DNA of 64,000 nucleotides from an uncultured Chloroflexia bacterium (GTDB lineage: Bacteria; Chloroflexota; Chloroflexia; QHBQ01; JADMIH01). The notes under the pieces were generated by a model. That model did no database searches and was not told the DNA's origin. It saw only the letters and a list, made by a program, of their open reading frames with translations. Each line of letters starts with the position of its first letter. Position 1 is the stretch's first letter. Below, piece after piece: positions 1-13,522 of the stretch. A program made the translations under genes and the position numbers. The stretch is taken from positions 192,001-256,000 of the forward strand of contig CAWCNY010000001.1 in NCBI GenBank assembly GCA_963797095.1. Reading direction: 5' to 3'.

Positions 1-131
1 CAGGTGGGGAGGCAGAAGCCGCAGTGCACACACTGGTCGATCAGGGCTTCGGAGGGGGGGTTGTGCAGGTCGAAGGCAGGTTTGTGCGTGTGAAACTGGA
101 TGGGTTGGGCCTGGTTGTGTTGATCGAGCAT
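1..131 (-). CDS. glcF: Glycolate oxidase Fe-S subunit, 5' part (runs off window edge)
   Basis: Manual translation MLDQHNQAQP...LIDQCVHCGFCLPT has the CxxCGxCxxx(C) 4Fe-4S motif; directly downstream of glcE. Confidence 0.85.
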   Translation of the reverse strand, partial: MLDQHNQAQPIQFHTHKPAFDLHNPPSEALIDQCVHCGFCLPT

Positions 132-151
132 GGGTGGTGGTGCCTCGGTTG

Positions 152-1420
152 CTAGATGCCGCCCGCGAAGCGGCCAGAGTTGAGGGTGCCGCGGGGGTCG
201 AACTCGGCCTTGATGCGGCGCATGATGGTTATGCCGTCGCCCACATCGCCCCAGGCTTCGACCTTGTTCCTTAGGGGTTGAGGGGCGCGCCAGAGCACAA
301 GGTTGCCGCCTGCTTGCTCGGCCTGGGCGCGGATGGAGAGGAGAAGGTCGGCGGAGGGGTCGGGGCCGGTGTCGGGCCAAGCCAGGAGGGCGTGGCCGTG
401 GCCCATGTGGGCGCGGGTGGTCAGGGAGAGGCCCGCTGATTCGGCGGCGCGTTGGGCGTGATCGAGGAGGCGACCGAGGTCGGCTTGAGGGGCGATCAGG
501 CGGGCCAGGGTGGGGGCTATGGCGATTGAATCGAAGTGCTGCCAGAGGGTGTGTTCGGCGTTGGAGGTTAGGGTTTCGCCTTTGCCGAGGAGGGAGCGTG
601 CGCGCTCGGATTGTTCGGAGGTGGAACGCTGGGGTCCTTCAAAGCGTGCGGCGAATGAGGTCGAGCCGTCGAGGATGGAGTAGTCGAGCATGGTGGGGAC
701 GAGGGGGGAGTCGACTATGCTGGCGGCCATCGAGGCTGCTTCGAGGGGGGTGCAGTCGGTGATGGCTAAGGTGGCCGAAGTGGGGGGCGAGGAGTAGAGG
801 CGGAAGGTTGCTTCGGTGATCACTCCGAGGGTGCCGAGCGAGCCTGTGAAGAGCTTGGGGAGGTCGTAGCCCGCGACGTTCTTGACGACTTTGCCGCCAC
901 CGCGCGCTAGTGTGCCGTCGGCGCGGACGAACTGGATGCCGAGGAGCTGGTCGCGCACTCCGCCGTAGCGCAGGCGGCGCGGGCCGCTGTCGCCGGTGGC
1001 GATCAGGCCGCCGATGGTGCCGGGGATGGGAGGGTCGAGGGCGAGGAACTGGCCCGCCTGTGCTAATTGGAGGGCCAGTTGGTCGAGGCGAACTCCTGCC
1101 TGGACGGTAACTGTGAGGTCGCCTGCCGCGTGCTCGATCACGCGGTTGAGAAGGCTCAGGTCGAGGAGGAGGTCGATGTGTGGGGCGGGGTTGCCTCGAT
1201 CCAGCTTGGTGCCGCTGCCGCGAGGGGCGACTTTGAGGCCGAGTTCGTTGGCGGCGCGCATTATTTGGGAGACGGATTCGGCACCGGGCGGGTGAGCTAC
1301 AAGTGGGATGGAGGCATCCTGTACAGGGGGTAGCGGCTCGTTGGAGGGAGGGGTGAAGAGATCGGGGCCAATGCGCTCGATGAGGGTTTGGAGGTGGGTG
1401 GAGATGGTGGCGGGGTGCAT
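152..1420 (-). CDS. glcE: Glycolate oxidase FAD-binding subunit
   Basis: GGKVVKNVAGYDLPKLFTGSLGTLG motif, C-terminal FDPRGTLNSGR; start set at MHPAT just after the glcD stop. Confidence 0.85.
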   Translation of the reverse strand: MHPATISTHLQTLIERIGPDLFTPPSNEPLPPVQDASIPLVAHPPGAESVSQIMRAANELGLKVAPRGSGTKLDRGNPAPHIDLLLDLSLLNRVIEHAAGDLTVTVQAGVRLDQLALQLAQAGQFLALDPPIPGTIGGLIATGDSGPRRLRYGGVRDQLLGIQFVRADGTLARGGGKVVKNVAGYDLPKLFTGSLGTLGVITEATFRLYSSPPTSATLAITDCTPLEAASMAASIVDSPLVPTMLDYSILDGSTSFAARFEGPQRSTSEQSERARSLLGKGETLTSNAEHTLWQHFDSIAIAPTLARLIAPQADLGRLLDHAQRAAESAGLSLTTRAHMGHGHALLAWPDTGPDPSADLLLSIRAQAEQAGGNLVLWRAPQPLRNKVEAWGDVGDGITIMRRIKAEFDPRGTLNSGRFAGGI

Positions 1421-1421
1421 A

Positions 1422-2879
1422 TCAGAAGATCTCGGCGAGGCCCGCTGCCTCGGCGGGGTGGATGCGGCGGGGGCCGGGGGTCTCGCCGCAGAGGCGCGGG
1501 GTGGGGAAGACCTTATCGGGGTTGGCCAGGTGGCGGGGGTCGATGGCGCAACGTAGTAGCTGCATGGTGTCGAGGTCTTCGGGGGTGAACATGGCGGGCA
1601 TGTGCTTCTTCTTGTCCATGCCAACACCGTGCTCGCCTGTGATGCTTCCTCCGGCGCGCACGCAGGCGTGGAGGATCTCGCCCGCCAGTTCCTCGGCGCG
1701 CTCAGGTTGGCCCGGAATGGCTCCATCGTAGAGGACAAGGGGGTGGAGGTTGCCGTCGCCTGCGTGGAAGACGTTGGCGACCCGCAGGCCGTAGGAGGTA
1801 GCGAGGCGGTCGATCTCGTCGAGGATGCGAGGGAGGGCGGTGCGCGGGATCACGCCATCCTGCACGTAGTAATCGGGGCTGAGGCGGCCAGCGGCGGCGA
1901 AGGCCGATTTGCGGCCCTTCCACATGAGCATGCGTTCTTCGTCGTCGCGGGCGATGCGTATGTCGGTCGAGCCGTTGCGGTGCATGATCTCCTCGGTCTG
2001 GAGGATCTGCTCCTGCACTTCAGGCTCAGGGCCGTCAAGCTCTACGAGGAGGATAGCACCCGCATCGAGGGGGTAGCCCGCGTGGACGGCTGCCTCGGCT
2101 GCCTGGATGCTGAGGTGGTCCATCATCTCGACGGCTGCGGGGAGGATGCCGGCGGCGATGATGTCGGAGACCGCGCCGCCCGCTTGAGTGGGGGTTCGGA
2201 AGGCGGCCTGGAGGGTGCGTACTGCTTCGGGTTTGCGCACCAGGCGCAGGGTGACCTCGGTGACGATGCCGAGGGTGCCCTCGGAGCCGACAAAGACGCC
2301 CACGAGGTCATAGCCGGGGCGGTCGAGGGCCTTGCCGCCGAGGCGCACGATATCGCCGTCGGGGAGGACGACGGTGAGGCCGGTGACGTGGTTGACGGTG
2401 AAGCCGTATTTGAGGCAGTGAGCGCCGCCTGAGTTTTCGGCGACATTGCCGCCGATGGAGCAGACCTGCTGGCTGGAGGGATCGGGGGCGTAGTAGTAGC
2501 CCGCGCCCGCCACGCGCTGAGATACCGACAGGTTGAGCACGCCGGGTTGGACGGTGGCGCGGAGGTTGGGGAGGTCGATCTCAAGGATGTCGCGCATGCG
2601 GCTGAGGCCGATCAGGATGCCGTCGGAGCGGGGGAGCGCGCCGCCTGAGAGGCCGGTGCCTGAGCCGCGCGGCACGAAAGGGATGCCCTCGCGGTTGCAT
2701 AGCTTGACGACGGTCTGGACCTGCGCGGTGGTGGTGGGGAGGACGGCCAGCATGGGGGGTACCCGGTAGCCGGTGAGGCCATCGGACTCGTAGGTTTGGA
2801 GGTCTTCGGACTTGTGGATCACGCCGTCCGCACCTACGATGTGGGTAAGCTCGGCGATGAGTTTGTGGAGATCAGTCAT
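1422..2879 (-). CDS. glcD: Glycolate oxidase subunit GlcD (FAD-linked oxidase)
   Basis: PRGSGTGLSGGA, APDPSSQ, GSEGTLG, HAGDGNLHP, GEHGVG motifs. Confidence 0.92.
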   Translation of the reverse strand: MTDLHKLIAELTHIVGADGVIHKSEDLQTYESDGLTGYRVPPMLAVLPTTTAQVQTVVKLCNREGIPFVPRGSGTGLSGGALPRSDGILIGLSRMRDILEIDLPNLRATVQPGVLNLSVSQRVAGAGYYYAPDPSSQQVCSIGGNVAENSGGAHCLKYGFTVNHVTGLTVVLPDGDIVRLGGKALDRPGYDLVGVFVGSEGTLGIVTEVTLRLVRKPEAVRTLQAAFRTPTQAGGAVSDIIAAGILPAAVEMMDHLSIQAAEAAVHAGYPLDAGAILLVELDGPEPEVQEQILQTEEIMHRNGSTDIRIARDDEERMLMWKGRKSAFAAAGRLSPDYYVQDGVIPRTALPRILDEIDRLATSYGLRVANVFHAGDGNLHPLVLYDGAIPGQPERAEELAGEILHACVRAGGSITGEHGVGMDKKKHMPAMFTPEDLDTMQLLRCAIDPRHLANPDKVFPTPRLCGETPGPRRIHPAEAAGLAEIF

Positions 2880-3085
2880 GGGAGTTGGCCTTCAGGTAAA
2901 GTGCCGGGTCGGCAGCTTAGTGCTTTCGCTGGTGGTTCGTTAGCCCGGCATCTTGCCAGTATGCCACCAGTATAGATCAATCGAGCGGGCGCGTGGAACC
3001 TCGGGAGGGTAGTAAGCGCAGTTTCGCCTGCACCCCCTTTACCACAATCAGCACGCGCCCGATAGCCAGGGGCGCATTGTCGAAC

Positions 3086-4324
3086 TCAGGCGGCGCGACC
3101 TTTGATGGCGTCTTCCAGGGGGGCGGCCAGGTTGGGCGGGTCGGATCGGCGCACGACGACTTCGGGGGTTTTGTGCCAGGTGGCGCAGTCCAGCAGCGCA
3201 CCGGCGACATCCTCGATGAGTGCGGCATTGGGCTTGATGGCCGGCTCAAGGTGCAGAGCCTTGACCTCGAACAGCCCCTCTTTGCGGTGGGCTTTAGCGT
3301 CGAGCCTGCCGATGAGGAGGCCGCGGCGCAGGATCGGCAGGGTGAAGTAGCCGTAGCGGCGCTTGGCCTCAGGGGTGTAGCACTCGATGCGGTAGTCGAA
3401 GTCGAACATGGCCTTGCCGCGTGAGCGGTCCCACACCAGCGGGTCGAACGGCGAGAGGAGCGTGGTAAGTGACGGCTGCAAGCTACCATCAGCGGCGGAG
3501 GAGAGCAGCGGCGCGCGATCGGCATGGACGTAGCCGGGCACCGTCCAGCCCTCGACCTCGACGCGCAGGAGTGCGCCTTCGCCCGCGAGACGTTCGAGCA
3601 GGGCGGCATTGCCCTTAGCAGAGGTGCGGAAATAGTCGGGCACCCAGCGCGCCTGGGTGACACCGAGGGCACGCACGGCCTTGAGTGCCAGCGCTCGTTT
3701 TACTTCATCAAGCGGTGGGGCATCGGCGTCATTCCACCAGGGCACAACACGCTCGCGCAGGTCATAGATACGCTGGAAGTTGTGACGGCGGGCGATCATC
3801 AGGTCGCCGAAGCTGTGCAGCACCTCCAGCGCCCTTTTCTCCGGCTTCCAATTAAACCAGCCGCTCTGCTGCCCGTCGGTCCGCTCGAAATCGGATGATT
3901 GCACGGGGCCATGCTCGCGGATATGGTTGAGAAGTTGATCGACCATCTCCTGGTGCGAACTTATCCAATCGGGGGCGCGTCTAAAAAGGCCGGTCTCACC
4001 TGCTACCCACTCTCGATCGAGCTGCATGCGCCGGTAGAGCGGGTAATCATCAATCGGCAAAAAGCAGGCGGCGTGCGACCAGTACTCGAACAGCTTGCCC
4101 TCGGCCAGCAACTCGTCGAGCCATTGCGGCTTGTAATCGCCCAGGCGGCTCCAGAGCACAAGATAGGGGCTGCGGGCGACCACGTGGATCGTATCGATCT
4201 GCAAGGTGCCCATGCGCCGGATCATCGCCGGCACGTCGTCTTTAGTGGGGGGCGCTGCAGGCCGTTGGTCCAGCGCTTGCGCCGCGACCATCAATGCCCG
4301 CGCCGCGCTGTGTGAGAGATGCAA
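3086..4324 (-). CDS. YcaQ/AlkZ-family crosslink-repair DNA glycosylase (winged helix)
   Basis: LQIDTI (QxD), FEYWSHAAC, LLSPFDPLVWDR, YRIECYTP..KRRYGYF motifs. Confidence 0.85.
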   Translation of the reverse strand: MHLSHSAARALMVAAQALDQRPAAPPTKDDVPAMIRRMGTLQIDTIHVVARSPYLVLWSRLGDYKPQWLDELLAEGKLFEYWSHAACFLPIDDYPLYRRMQLDREWVAGETGLFRRAPDWISSHQEMVDQLLNHIREHGPVQSSDFERTDGQQSGWFNWKPEKRALEVLHSFGDLMIARRHNFQRIYDLRERVVPWWNDADAPPLDEVKRALALKAVRALGVTQARWVPDYFRTSAKGNAALLERLAGEGALLRVEVEGWTVPGYVHADRAPLLSSAADGSLQPSLTTLLSPFDPLVWDRSRGKAMFDFDYRIECYTPEAKRRYGYFTLPILRRGLLIGRLDAKAHRKEGLFEVKALHLEPAIKPNAALIEDVAGALLDCATWHKTPEVVVRRSDPPNLAAPLEDAIKGRAA

Positions 4325-4437
4325 GAGTGCTCCTTTGTGGGAGTTGGCCTGTTGAGAGACGCAAGCGGGTGTATGGGAGGCCCGAAAGCCGCCGTTTACC
4401 TTCCTATTGCCAGTTTACCGCATGACGAGCCTGGGAG

Positions 4438-4833
4438 CTAGCGGGCGCGATAGTCCTCCTCGGATACCGGCTCCAGCCAGGTAGGATTGCCAAAGGTTAT
4501 GGCGAGATGCTGCATGGCGTGCTCTTCCTCGGGGTGGGCACCATGCCAGTGCTCGGTGCCCGCCGGTATATGCACGACATCGCCTTCGGTTGCATCCAAA
4601 GCCCGGCTCCCGCGCTCCTGCACCCACCCGCGTCCCTTGAGGAAGTAGAGCACCTGCTCTCCACCGTGGGTGTGCCAGAATGTCCGCGCCCCTTTCGAGA
4701 AGGTCACCCGCGCGGCGCGTAGCTGACAGGTCTCGTTGGCGGCTACCGGCTGGAAATATGCAGCGCCGGTGAAATTATCGGGCGCTCCTTGTTGGCTCGG
4801 TATGTCGTCCGCGTGCTCTAAATGTAAGCTCAT
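4438..4833 (-). CDS. Cupin domain protein
   Basis: WHTHGGEQ and GDVVHIPAGTEHWHGA cupin motifs. Confidence 0.85.
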   Translation of the reverse strand: MSLHLEHADDIPSQQGAPDNFTGAAYFQPVAANETCQLRAARVTFSKGARTFWHTHGGEQVLYFLKGRGWVQERGSRALDATEGDVVHIPAGTEHWHGAHPEEEHAMQHLAITFGNPTWLEPVSEEDYRAR

Positions 4834-4851
4834 ATTTTGTCTCCTATTAGC

Positions 4852-6115
<1,264 letters not shown>

Positions 6116-6181
6116 AGATCTGTTCCCGAGTTTGCGTTCTTCATGGTGCTCCTCGTTCAAGTAACAGGCAAAATAATGAGT

Positions 6182-7677
<1,496 letters not shown>

Positions 7678-7727
7678 GTCCGTATTACCTGTCCTTTGAA
7701 CTGATCTGGAGATTCGGTAGCGTAATG

Positions 7728-7758
7728 ATTATATGAAAGTTAGAGCGCTCTAAGTCAA
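7728..7758 (-). promoter_or_regulatory. MerR-type promoter: TTGACT-19 bp-TATAAT with palindromic operator TTAGAGCGCTCTAA (7740-7753)
   Basis: Read directly; a 19-bp spacer with a dyad next to -35 is the MerR hallmark; lies upstream of merR-akr-duf-akr-cupin. Confidence 0.9.
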
Positions 7759-7913
7759 GACCAAATTTGCCCTAATGTGGCAAGAAATGGACTATTGAGG
7801 CGGCCCTGAAAAGGGATCGCTGTGAAAGCGATTTGGAGGGCAGCAGATCGGAGTCCTGTTTTCGCTGCAAAGAGGACTCAGTGAGGAGCGGGTAGTAAAA
7901 GGTGCAGGCTGAG

Positions 7914-8000
7914 CTACTTGCGCATCGTGCCGGCGATGCGCTGTGGTGTTTCAGTAAGCAGGGCCAGAACCTGCGCGGTGGTGAGTGATTTGCCGGGCAT
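7914..8000 (-). pseudogene. Probable N-terminal fragment of a DinB-superfamily gene
   Basis: Manual translation MPGKSLTTAQVLALLTETPQRIAGTMRK* resembles DinB-like N-termini; RBS-like AAGGA after the permease stop. Confidence 0.4.
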
Positions 8001-8012
8001 ATGGCGTCATCC

Positions 8013-8723
8013 TTAGCTCAAGATTAAGCGCGAGCGTTGGAAGCTGACCACTGATAATCCGAGCAGGATCGCATCCAGCACTGCAATAGCCGCCATTACA
8101 AGGAGCAAAAACTGCGAATAGGTTAGCGATGAGAGAAGATCCTCAGGCACCGCCCTTAGTGCAAGGACGCTCACGAATACGAATAGTATCGTGCTGATGC
8201 TGAGAATTTGCTGTGCCTGCCGCGCTGTCGATACTCTCAGCGATACCAGCACGCCCGCGCTTGCTGCGAGCACACCGACCAGCAGGCCCAGGATGATAGC
8301 ATATACGAACAGATCGAGAGGGTAGAACATCCAGTTCCCCTGAGTACTAAACAGGTCGACCAACACCAAGCCCAGCAATAAGCTGAGCACGCTCATGCCC
8401 CAGGCATACAGGACACCAGTTGTTACCTTCCCCAGCAGGATCGCTCGATCCGGCATGCGGCTGGCCAGCAAGGTTTCCAGGGTATGACGCTCGCGCTCTC
8501 CGGCGATAACATCGCCAATGAAACTGATAATCACATAGAAAGGGACCCATTGCAAAAGCAGCATTCCAAGTGGCGTGAGGTCCACCCACTGAGGCCCGAA
8601 CTGCAATGGGATATAGACCCCGATAATACCAACCACGATCAGGGGACGTATCAGCCACCTCCACCCACCCTGGAAGTACACGTCCTTCGATTCCTTCCAT
8701 ATCATTGTCAATATGTCGCTCAT
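8013..8723 (-). CDS. ABC-2 type transporter permease
   Basis: IAGERERHTLETLLAS..ILLGK motif, about 6 TM segments. Confidence 0.88.
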   Translation of the reverse strand: MSDILTMIWKESKDVYFQGGWRWLIRPLIVVGIIGVYIPLQFGPQWVDLTPLGMLLLQWVPFYVIISFIGDVIAGERERHTLETLLASRMPDRAILLGKVTTGVLYAWGMSVLSLLLGLVLVDLFSTQGNWMFYPLDLFVYAIILGLLVGVLAASAGVLVSLRVSTARQAQQILSISTILFVFVSVLALRAVPEDLLSSLTYSQFLLLVMAAIAVLDAILLGLSVVSFQRSRLILS

Positions 8724-9165
8724 TTGCCTTCTTCCTCCATCAGTGTGAGGAACACATCTTCCAGGCTAGCCTTGCCCCTGCGTACTTCCTCAATTTCTCC
8801 GCCCGATTGCACGATCAAGGTGACGAGGGGAGCTATCTTATCCACTCCGCGTAGCTCAATGGTTAAGTGACCCCCGTGCAGTTCAGCCTTCGCCACCTCC
8901 GGTCGCTCTCGCAGCAATGCCAGCATCTGATCGTTGAAGCCACTTCCCACGATCTCTGCCTGTGGGCGGCCCTCCCGCACACGCAATTCATCAGGGCTGC
9001 CAACGACCAGCAATTTTCCCTGGCGGATCACTCCCACCAGGGCGCAGAGCTTTTCGGCCTCTACGAGATTGTGCGTGTTGAGGAAGACCGTAACCCCTTC
9101 ACGCGCCACCAGGCTTGCCAGATCATCACGCAATGCCGCAGCCGCCACAGGATCAAACCCGGCAA
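8720..9165 (-). pseudogene. ABC transporter ATP-binding protein, 5'-truncated
   Basis: Keeps AGFDP (D-loop), LNTHNL (H-loop) and SLEDVFL tail; Walker A, signature and Walker B are missing. Confidence 0.8.
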
Positions 9166-9529
9166 GTGGAGGTGCAGGGGTGGAGGGATCCTGCTTCTGA
9201 ACGCTTACTTGCTGTTTTCCGGCTCTGAATTGTTACACCATTTTTACCTTTTGTTAGCGGGTGTATACCTGGTTTTCTACCCCGGCGACTTATCATGAGT
9301 ATGGAAGGTGGGGTGCATGGTAAGCGTTAGTGCGTGCCGACCGCGTATGAGTGGAAGCAAGCGGTGAGGGCACATCATAGCGCGATGAGACAAGTACCGT
9401 GCCACACTTTTACTTTCCAGCAACCTTTGTCGCCGATGATCAAGGAAGGCCCGTCTTTGCGGGCCTGAGCGGACCGGCGGTTGTTAGTGCTGACATAAAA
9501 TAACGCAACTCAATTATTGGAGATTTACA

Positions 9530-12403
9530 ATGCCATCCGTCAATAAGAAAGAGGACTCATATTTAGTTTCTACCTGGCATTCATCACATTTTTCCGTGGC
9601 AGGCTCCGGCCTCGGCACTCATGTAGAAGCCTATGCCCCCGCTCATGATATCCTAAAATACGAGCGCTACCCGCTGAATGCCATCTTCGAGCCGAAGTCG
9701 GTGGCGGTGATAGGGGCGACCGACAAAGAAGGCTCAGTTGGGCGCACGATCCTGTGGAACCTCATTTCCAGCCCCTTCGGGGGGACAGTCTACCCGGTAA
9801 ATCCTAAACGCCACAGCGTACTTGGGGTGAAAGCTTATCCCTCGGTAGCCGCCGTACCGGACAAGATCGACCTGGCGATTATTGTGACGCCTGCACCGGT
9901 GGTGCCCGCCATAATGGCAGAGTGCGCCGAGGTGGGGGTGCGAGGGGCTGTGGTTATCTCGGCGGGGTTTAAGGAGATCGGGCCGGAAGGTGTTGAGTTG
10001 GAGAGGCAGGTGCTGGCCGAGGCGAGGCGCGGGCATATACGGTTGGTTGGCCCCAACTGCCTGGGAGTGATGCGACCCCATTCGGGATTGAACGCCACCT
10101 TCGCAGCAGGCATGGCGCGCCAGGGGTCGGTGGGCTTCATCAGCCAGAGCGGGGCGCTGCTGACGGCGGTGCTTGATTGGAGTCAGCGCGAGAACGTGGG
10201 GTTTTCTACATTCGTGTCGCTTGGGTCCATGCTGGATGTGGGCTGGGGCGACTTGATCTATTACCTGGGGGACGACCCCCACACCCAGTCGATCGTGATA
10301 TATATGGAGACGATAGGGGATGCGCGGTCTTTTCTGTCGGCTGCCCGCGAGGTGGCGCGCACCAAACCGATCATTGTAATAAAACCGGGGCGCACGGAAG
10401 CGGCAGCCAAAGCGGCGGCGTCGCACACAGGCTCGCTCACGGGGTCGGACGAGGTGCTGGCGGCGGCGTTTGACCGGGTGGGGGTGTTGCGGGTAAATGC
10501 GATAGACGAGCTTTTCTATATGGCGGAGGTGCTCGCAAAGCAGCCTCTGCCCGCAGGGCCGCGCCTGACCATTGTGACGAACGCGGGTGGGCCGGGAGTG
10601 CTGGCTACGGATGCCCTGATCACGGGCGGCGGGGAACTCACCCAGTTGTCGCCACAGACTATTGAAGCGCTGAACGGCATCCTGCCCTCGGCCTGGAGCC
10701 ATAATAACCCGGTCGACATACTGGGCGATGCTTCGCCTGAGCGCTTTGCGGAATCGCTGGCAGCCTCGGCAAAAGACAGCAATAGCGACGGACTGCTGGT
10801 GATCCTGACGCCTCAGGCGATGACCGATCCGACGGCCACGGCGGAGCAACTGCGACCTTACGCGAAGATAGCGGGGGGAGGGATGCCGCCAAAGCCGGTG
10901 CTGGCAAGCTGGATGGGTGGCGTTGATGTGGAGGCAGGCACCAAGCTGCTGGGGTCAATGGGAATCCCCACGTTCGCGTACCCAGACATGGCGGCGCGGA
11001 TGTTCAACTACATGTGGCGTTATAACTACAACCTTCACGCTTTGTACGAGACTCCTACGCGCCCGACGGACGAGGAAAGTAAGATGAACCGGGCCGAGGC
11101 CGCACAGATCATAGAAAAAGCTCGTGGGGAGGGCCGCACCCTGCTGACAGAGTACGAGTCGAAGCAACTCCTGGCGGCCTATGGAATCCCGGTAGTGGAG
11201 ACGCGGGTGGCACGGACAGAATACAAGGCCGTGAAATTTGCCCGGGCGATAGGTTATCCCGTGGTGTTGAAGTTGCATTCGCGGACGATCACCCACAAGA
11301 CGGACGTGGGCGGCGTACAACTTAACCTTATGGATGCTGATGCCGTGCGGGAGGCGTATCGGTCGATTGAGCAGTCGGTACTGGCGAAGGCGGGGCCGGA
11401 GCACTTTGACGGAGTGACCGTGCAGCCGATGATTCAGTGGACGGGGTATGAGTTGATATTGGGGTCGAGCACCGATGCGCAGTTTGGGCCGGTGCTGTTG
11501 TTCGGGATGGGCGGGCAGTTCGTGGAGGTATTCAAGGACCGGGCACTGGGACTCCCACCCCTCAGTACAACGCTGGCAAGGCGGATGATAGAGAAAACCA
11601 GGGTATATACCGCGCTCAAGGGGGTGCGTGGCCGCAAGGCTGTGGACCTGGAGGCTCTGGAACAATTGCTGGTCAGGTTCAGCCAACTGGTGGTTGAGCA
11701 GCGGTGGATCAAGGAGATTGATATTAACCCTCTGCTCGCTTCTTCGGAAAGCTTGCTGGCCCTGGATGCGCGGGTAGTGCTGAACGACCTTGCGACGAGC
11801 GATGAGCAACTGCCGCTACCGGCAATCCGCCCGTATCCATTGCAGTACGTGGGAGAGTGGACGACACAGGACGGGATGAAGTTTAATATCCGGCCAATCC
11901 GTCCCGAAGATGAGCCGCTGATGATCAAGTTCCACAAACAGCTAACCGAGCAGACGGTCTACACGAGGTATTTCGAGCAGCTGAAATTGCCTGAGCGGAT
12001 AACGCACGAACGGTTGACACGTATCTGCTTCAATGATTACGACCGGGAGATCGCGCTGGTGGCGGAGAAACAGGACGAAGAGACGGGTGAGTGGCAGATC
12101 GCCGGGGTGGGGCGATTGAGCAAGTCGCATACGGCCAACGAGGCGGAGTTTGCATTGCTGGTGGCCGACCGGTTCCAGGGGCATGGGTTGGGCACGGAAT
12201 TACTGCGCCGCCTGGTGCAGATTGGGCGCAACGAGAAACTGGACCGGATTGTCGCTGATGTTATGCTGGCGAACACCCACATGCTGAATGTGAGCAAAAG
12301 GGTAGGCTTCCGGCGCTATGGGCCATTGAAGGATGGCGTGGTTGGCGTTGAGCTTGAACTGAGCCGGGAAGAATTAGCGGTCAGTTTGGAGTTTGAAGCG
12401 TAA
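9530..12403 (+). CDS. Bifunctional acetate-CoA ligase (ADP-forming)-like / GNAT acetyltransferase (Pat/YfiQ family)
   Basis: CoA-binding SVAVIGA, GPNCLG, SQSGA, SHTGSL, ATP-grasp HKTDVGGV, C-terminal GNAT FQGHGLG. Confidence 0.9.
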   Translation: MPSVNKKEDSYLVSTWHSSHFSVAGSGLGTHVEAYAPAHDILKYERYPLNAIFEPKSVAVIGATDKEGSVGRTILWNLISSPFGGTVYPVNPKRHSVLGVKAYPSVAAVPDKIDLAIIVTPAPVVPAIMAECAEVGVRGAVVISAGFKEIGPEGVELERQVLAEARRGHIRLVGPNCLGVMRPHSGLNATFAAGMARQGSVGFISQSGALLTAVLDWSQRENVGFSTFVSLGSMLDVGWGDLIYYLGDDPHTQSIVIYMETIGDARSFLSAAREVARTKPIIVIKPGRTEAAAKAAASHTGSLTGSDEVLAAAFDRVGVLRVNAIDELFYMAEVLAKQPLPAGPRLTIVTNAGGPGVLATDALITGGGELTQLSPQTIEALNGILPSAWSHNNPVDILGDASPERFAESLAASAKDSNSDGLLVILTPQAMTDPTATAEQLRPYAKIAGGGMPPKPVLASWMGGVDVEAGTKLLGSMGIPTFAYPDMAARMFNYMWRYNYNLHALYETPTRPTDEESKMNRAEAAQIIEKARGEGRTLLTEYESKQLLAAYGIPVVETRVARTEYKAVKFARAIGYPVVLKLHSRTITHKTDVGGVQLNLMDADAVREAYRSIEQSVLAKAGPEHFDGVTVQPMIQWTGYELILGSSTDAQFGPVLLFGMGGQFVEVFKDRALGLPPLSTTLARRMIEKTRVYTALKGVRGRKAVDLEALEQLLVRFSQLVVEQRWIKEIDINPLLASSESLLALDARVVLNDLATSDEQLPLPAIRPYPLQYVGEWTTQDGMKFNIRPIRPEDEPLMIKFHKQLTEQTVYTRYFEQLKLPERITHERLTRICFNDYDREIALVAEKQDEETGEWQIAGVGRLSKSHTANEAEFALLVADRFQGHGLGTELLRRLVQIGRNEKLDRIVADVMLANTHMLNVSKRVGFRRYGPLKDGVVGVELELSREELAVSLEFEA

Positions 12404-12422
12404 AGATTGGAGTTTTAGAGGG

Positions 12423-13115
12423 TCAGGGATTGTCCTGGGGGAAGACGCGGACGCCTGATGCGCTTGCTACTATGACGCGGGCGACGATACCGAGGAAGAG
12501 GCCGTGCTCTACAACCCCTGTGATGGATTTGAGGGCGGCGGCGAGGGCATGGGGGTCGTTGATCGGGGGGAAGTGGCAGTCGAGCAGGAGGTTGCGGGAG
12601 TCGGTGATGAAAGGATCGCCCTGGTTGGTAAGGCGGAGGATGGGGTCGCAGCCGAGGGAGCGAAGGGAGTCGCGGGTGCGACTCCAGCCGAAGTGAACGA
12701 CCTCCACTGGGATGGCGGTGTGGTGGCCCAGGCGCGGGACCACTTTGCTTTCATCAACGATGAGCATCTCTTCGTGAGTGGCGAGAGCTACGATCTTTTC
12801 GTGGAGGAGGGCACCGCCCATGCCTTTGATGGCGTTGAAGGTGTCGAGCGTGACCTCGTCAGCGCCGTCTATGGTTACATCCAGGTGCGGTAGGTCTTCA
12901 AGGGTGGCTAGAGGGATGCCCAGGCTAGTGGCGAGGGCAGCTGTGCGGTCGGAGGTGGGCACGCCTGTGATGCGGAGTCCTTCTTCGCGCACGCGCCTGC
13001 CAAGCTCCATGATCGCATGGTGGGCTGTGGAGCCTGTGCCGAGGCCCACGGCCATGCCGTCGCGGACGTATTGGGTAGCGCGGAGGGCGGCGGTGTGTTT
13101 TAGGTCGTCTTGCAT
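12423..13115 (-). CDS. rpiA: Ribose-5-phosphate isomerase A
   Basis: GLGTGST, DGADEV, IKGMGGALLHEK, GVVEHGLF. Confidence 0.95.
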   Translation of the reverse strand: MQDDLKHTAALRATQYVRDGMAVGLGTGSTAHHAIMELGRRVREEGLRITGVPTSDRTAALATSLGIPLATLEDLPHLDVTIDGADEVTLDTFNAIKGMGGALLHEKIVALATHEEMLIVDESKVVPRLGHHTAIPVEVVHFGWSRTRDSLRSLGCDPILRLTNQGDPFITDSRNLLLDCHFPPINDPHALAAALKSITGVVEHGLFLGIVARVIVASASGVRVFPQDNP

Positions 13116-13117
13116 TT

Positions 13118-13151
13118 TGGACGAGTGGCGAGTGGCGAGTGGTGAGTGACG
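13118..13151 (+). repeat. Heptamer tandem array (GACGAGT/GGCGAGT)
   Basis: ggacgagtggcgagtggcgagtggtgagtgacg. Confidence 0.8.
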
Positions 13152-13191
13152 CGTTGCGGGTTAGGGTGGTGGCTGCTTTATTATACTTCGG

Positions 13192-13482
13192 CTAGGGGTA
13201 GGTTGGAACCCCCTGGCAGTGCTGGGGGTGGCGGCCCATTATGCCGTCCTGGTGGATGGTGCACTCGAAGCCTGCTTCCTGGCCGTCGTGGGTGCCGAGG
13301 TGTTGGTGGTCGACCACGCAGGGGTCGAGGGCGAAGCGTTGGCGAACGGCGGGCATATCGAGGCAGACATCGAAGTAGACCCATTCGCGCACGTTATCGG
13401 ACCACGCCTGCCCGCGAAAAGTCTCCTTGCAGCCCTGGGCGATCAGTTCTGCCTCCAGTTGATTCAGGTGCTCGCAGAGCAT
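13192..13482 (-). CDS. Small hypothetical protein, Cys/His-rich
   Basis: 96 aa ORF with GGAGG RBS; CEH...CxxHxD...H possible metal ligands. Confidence 0.7.
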   Translation of the reverse strand: MLCEHLNQLEAELIAQGCKETFRGQAWSDNVREWVYFDVCLDMPAVRQRFALDPCVVDHQHLGTHDGQEAGFECTIHQDGIMGRHPQHCQGVPTYP

Positions 13483-13522
13483 ATTGCGTCCTCCATCTCC
13501 AGCAAAGAACGGTCTATAGCGA

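Noticed and set aside
1421-1738. N-terminal 105 aa of the 528-aa ORF as part of GlcE
   Set aside because: Overlaps glcD in another frame; low-complexity shadow sequence; the real start is at 1420
7690-7727. Resemblance to the 3' half of a TPP riboswitch (CCTTTGAACTGATCTGGA...AGCGTA)
   Set aside because: It is antisense to the merR leader, lacks the upstream CTGAGA element, and no thiamine gene follows
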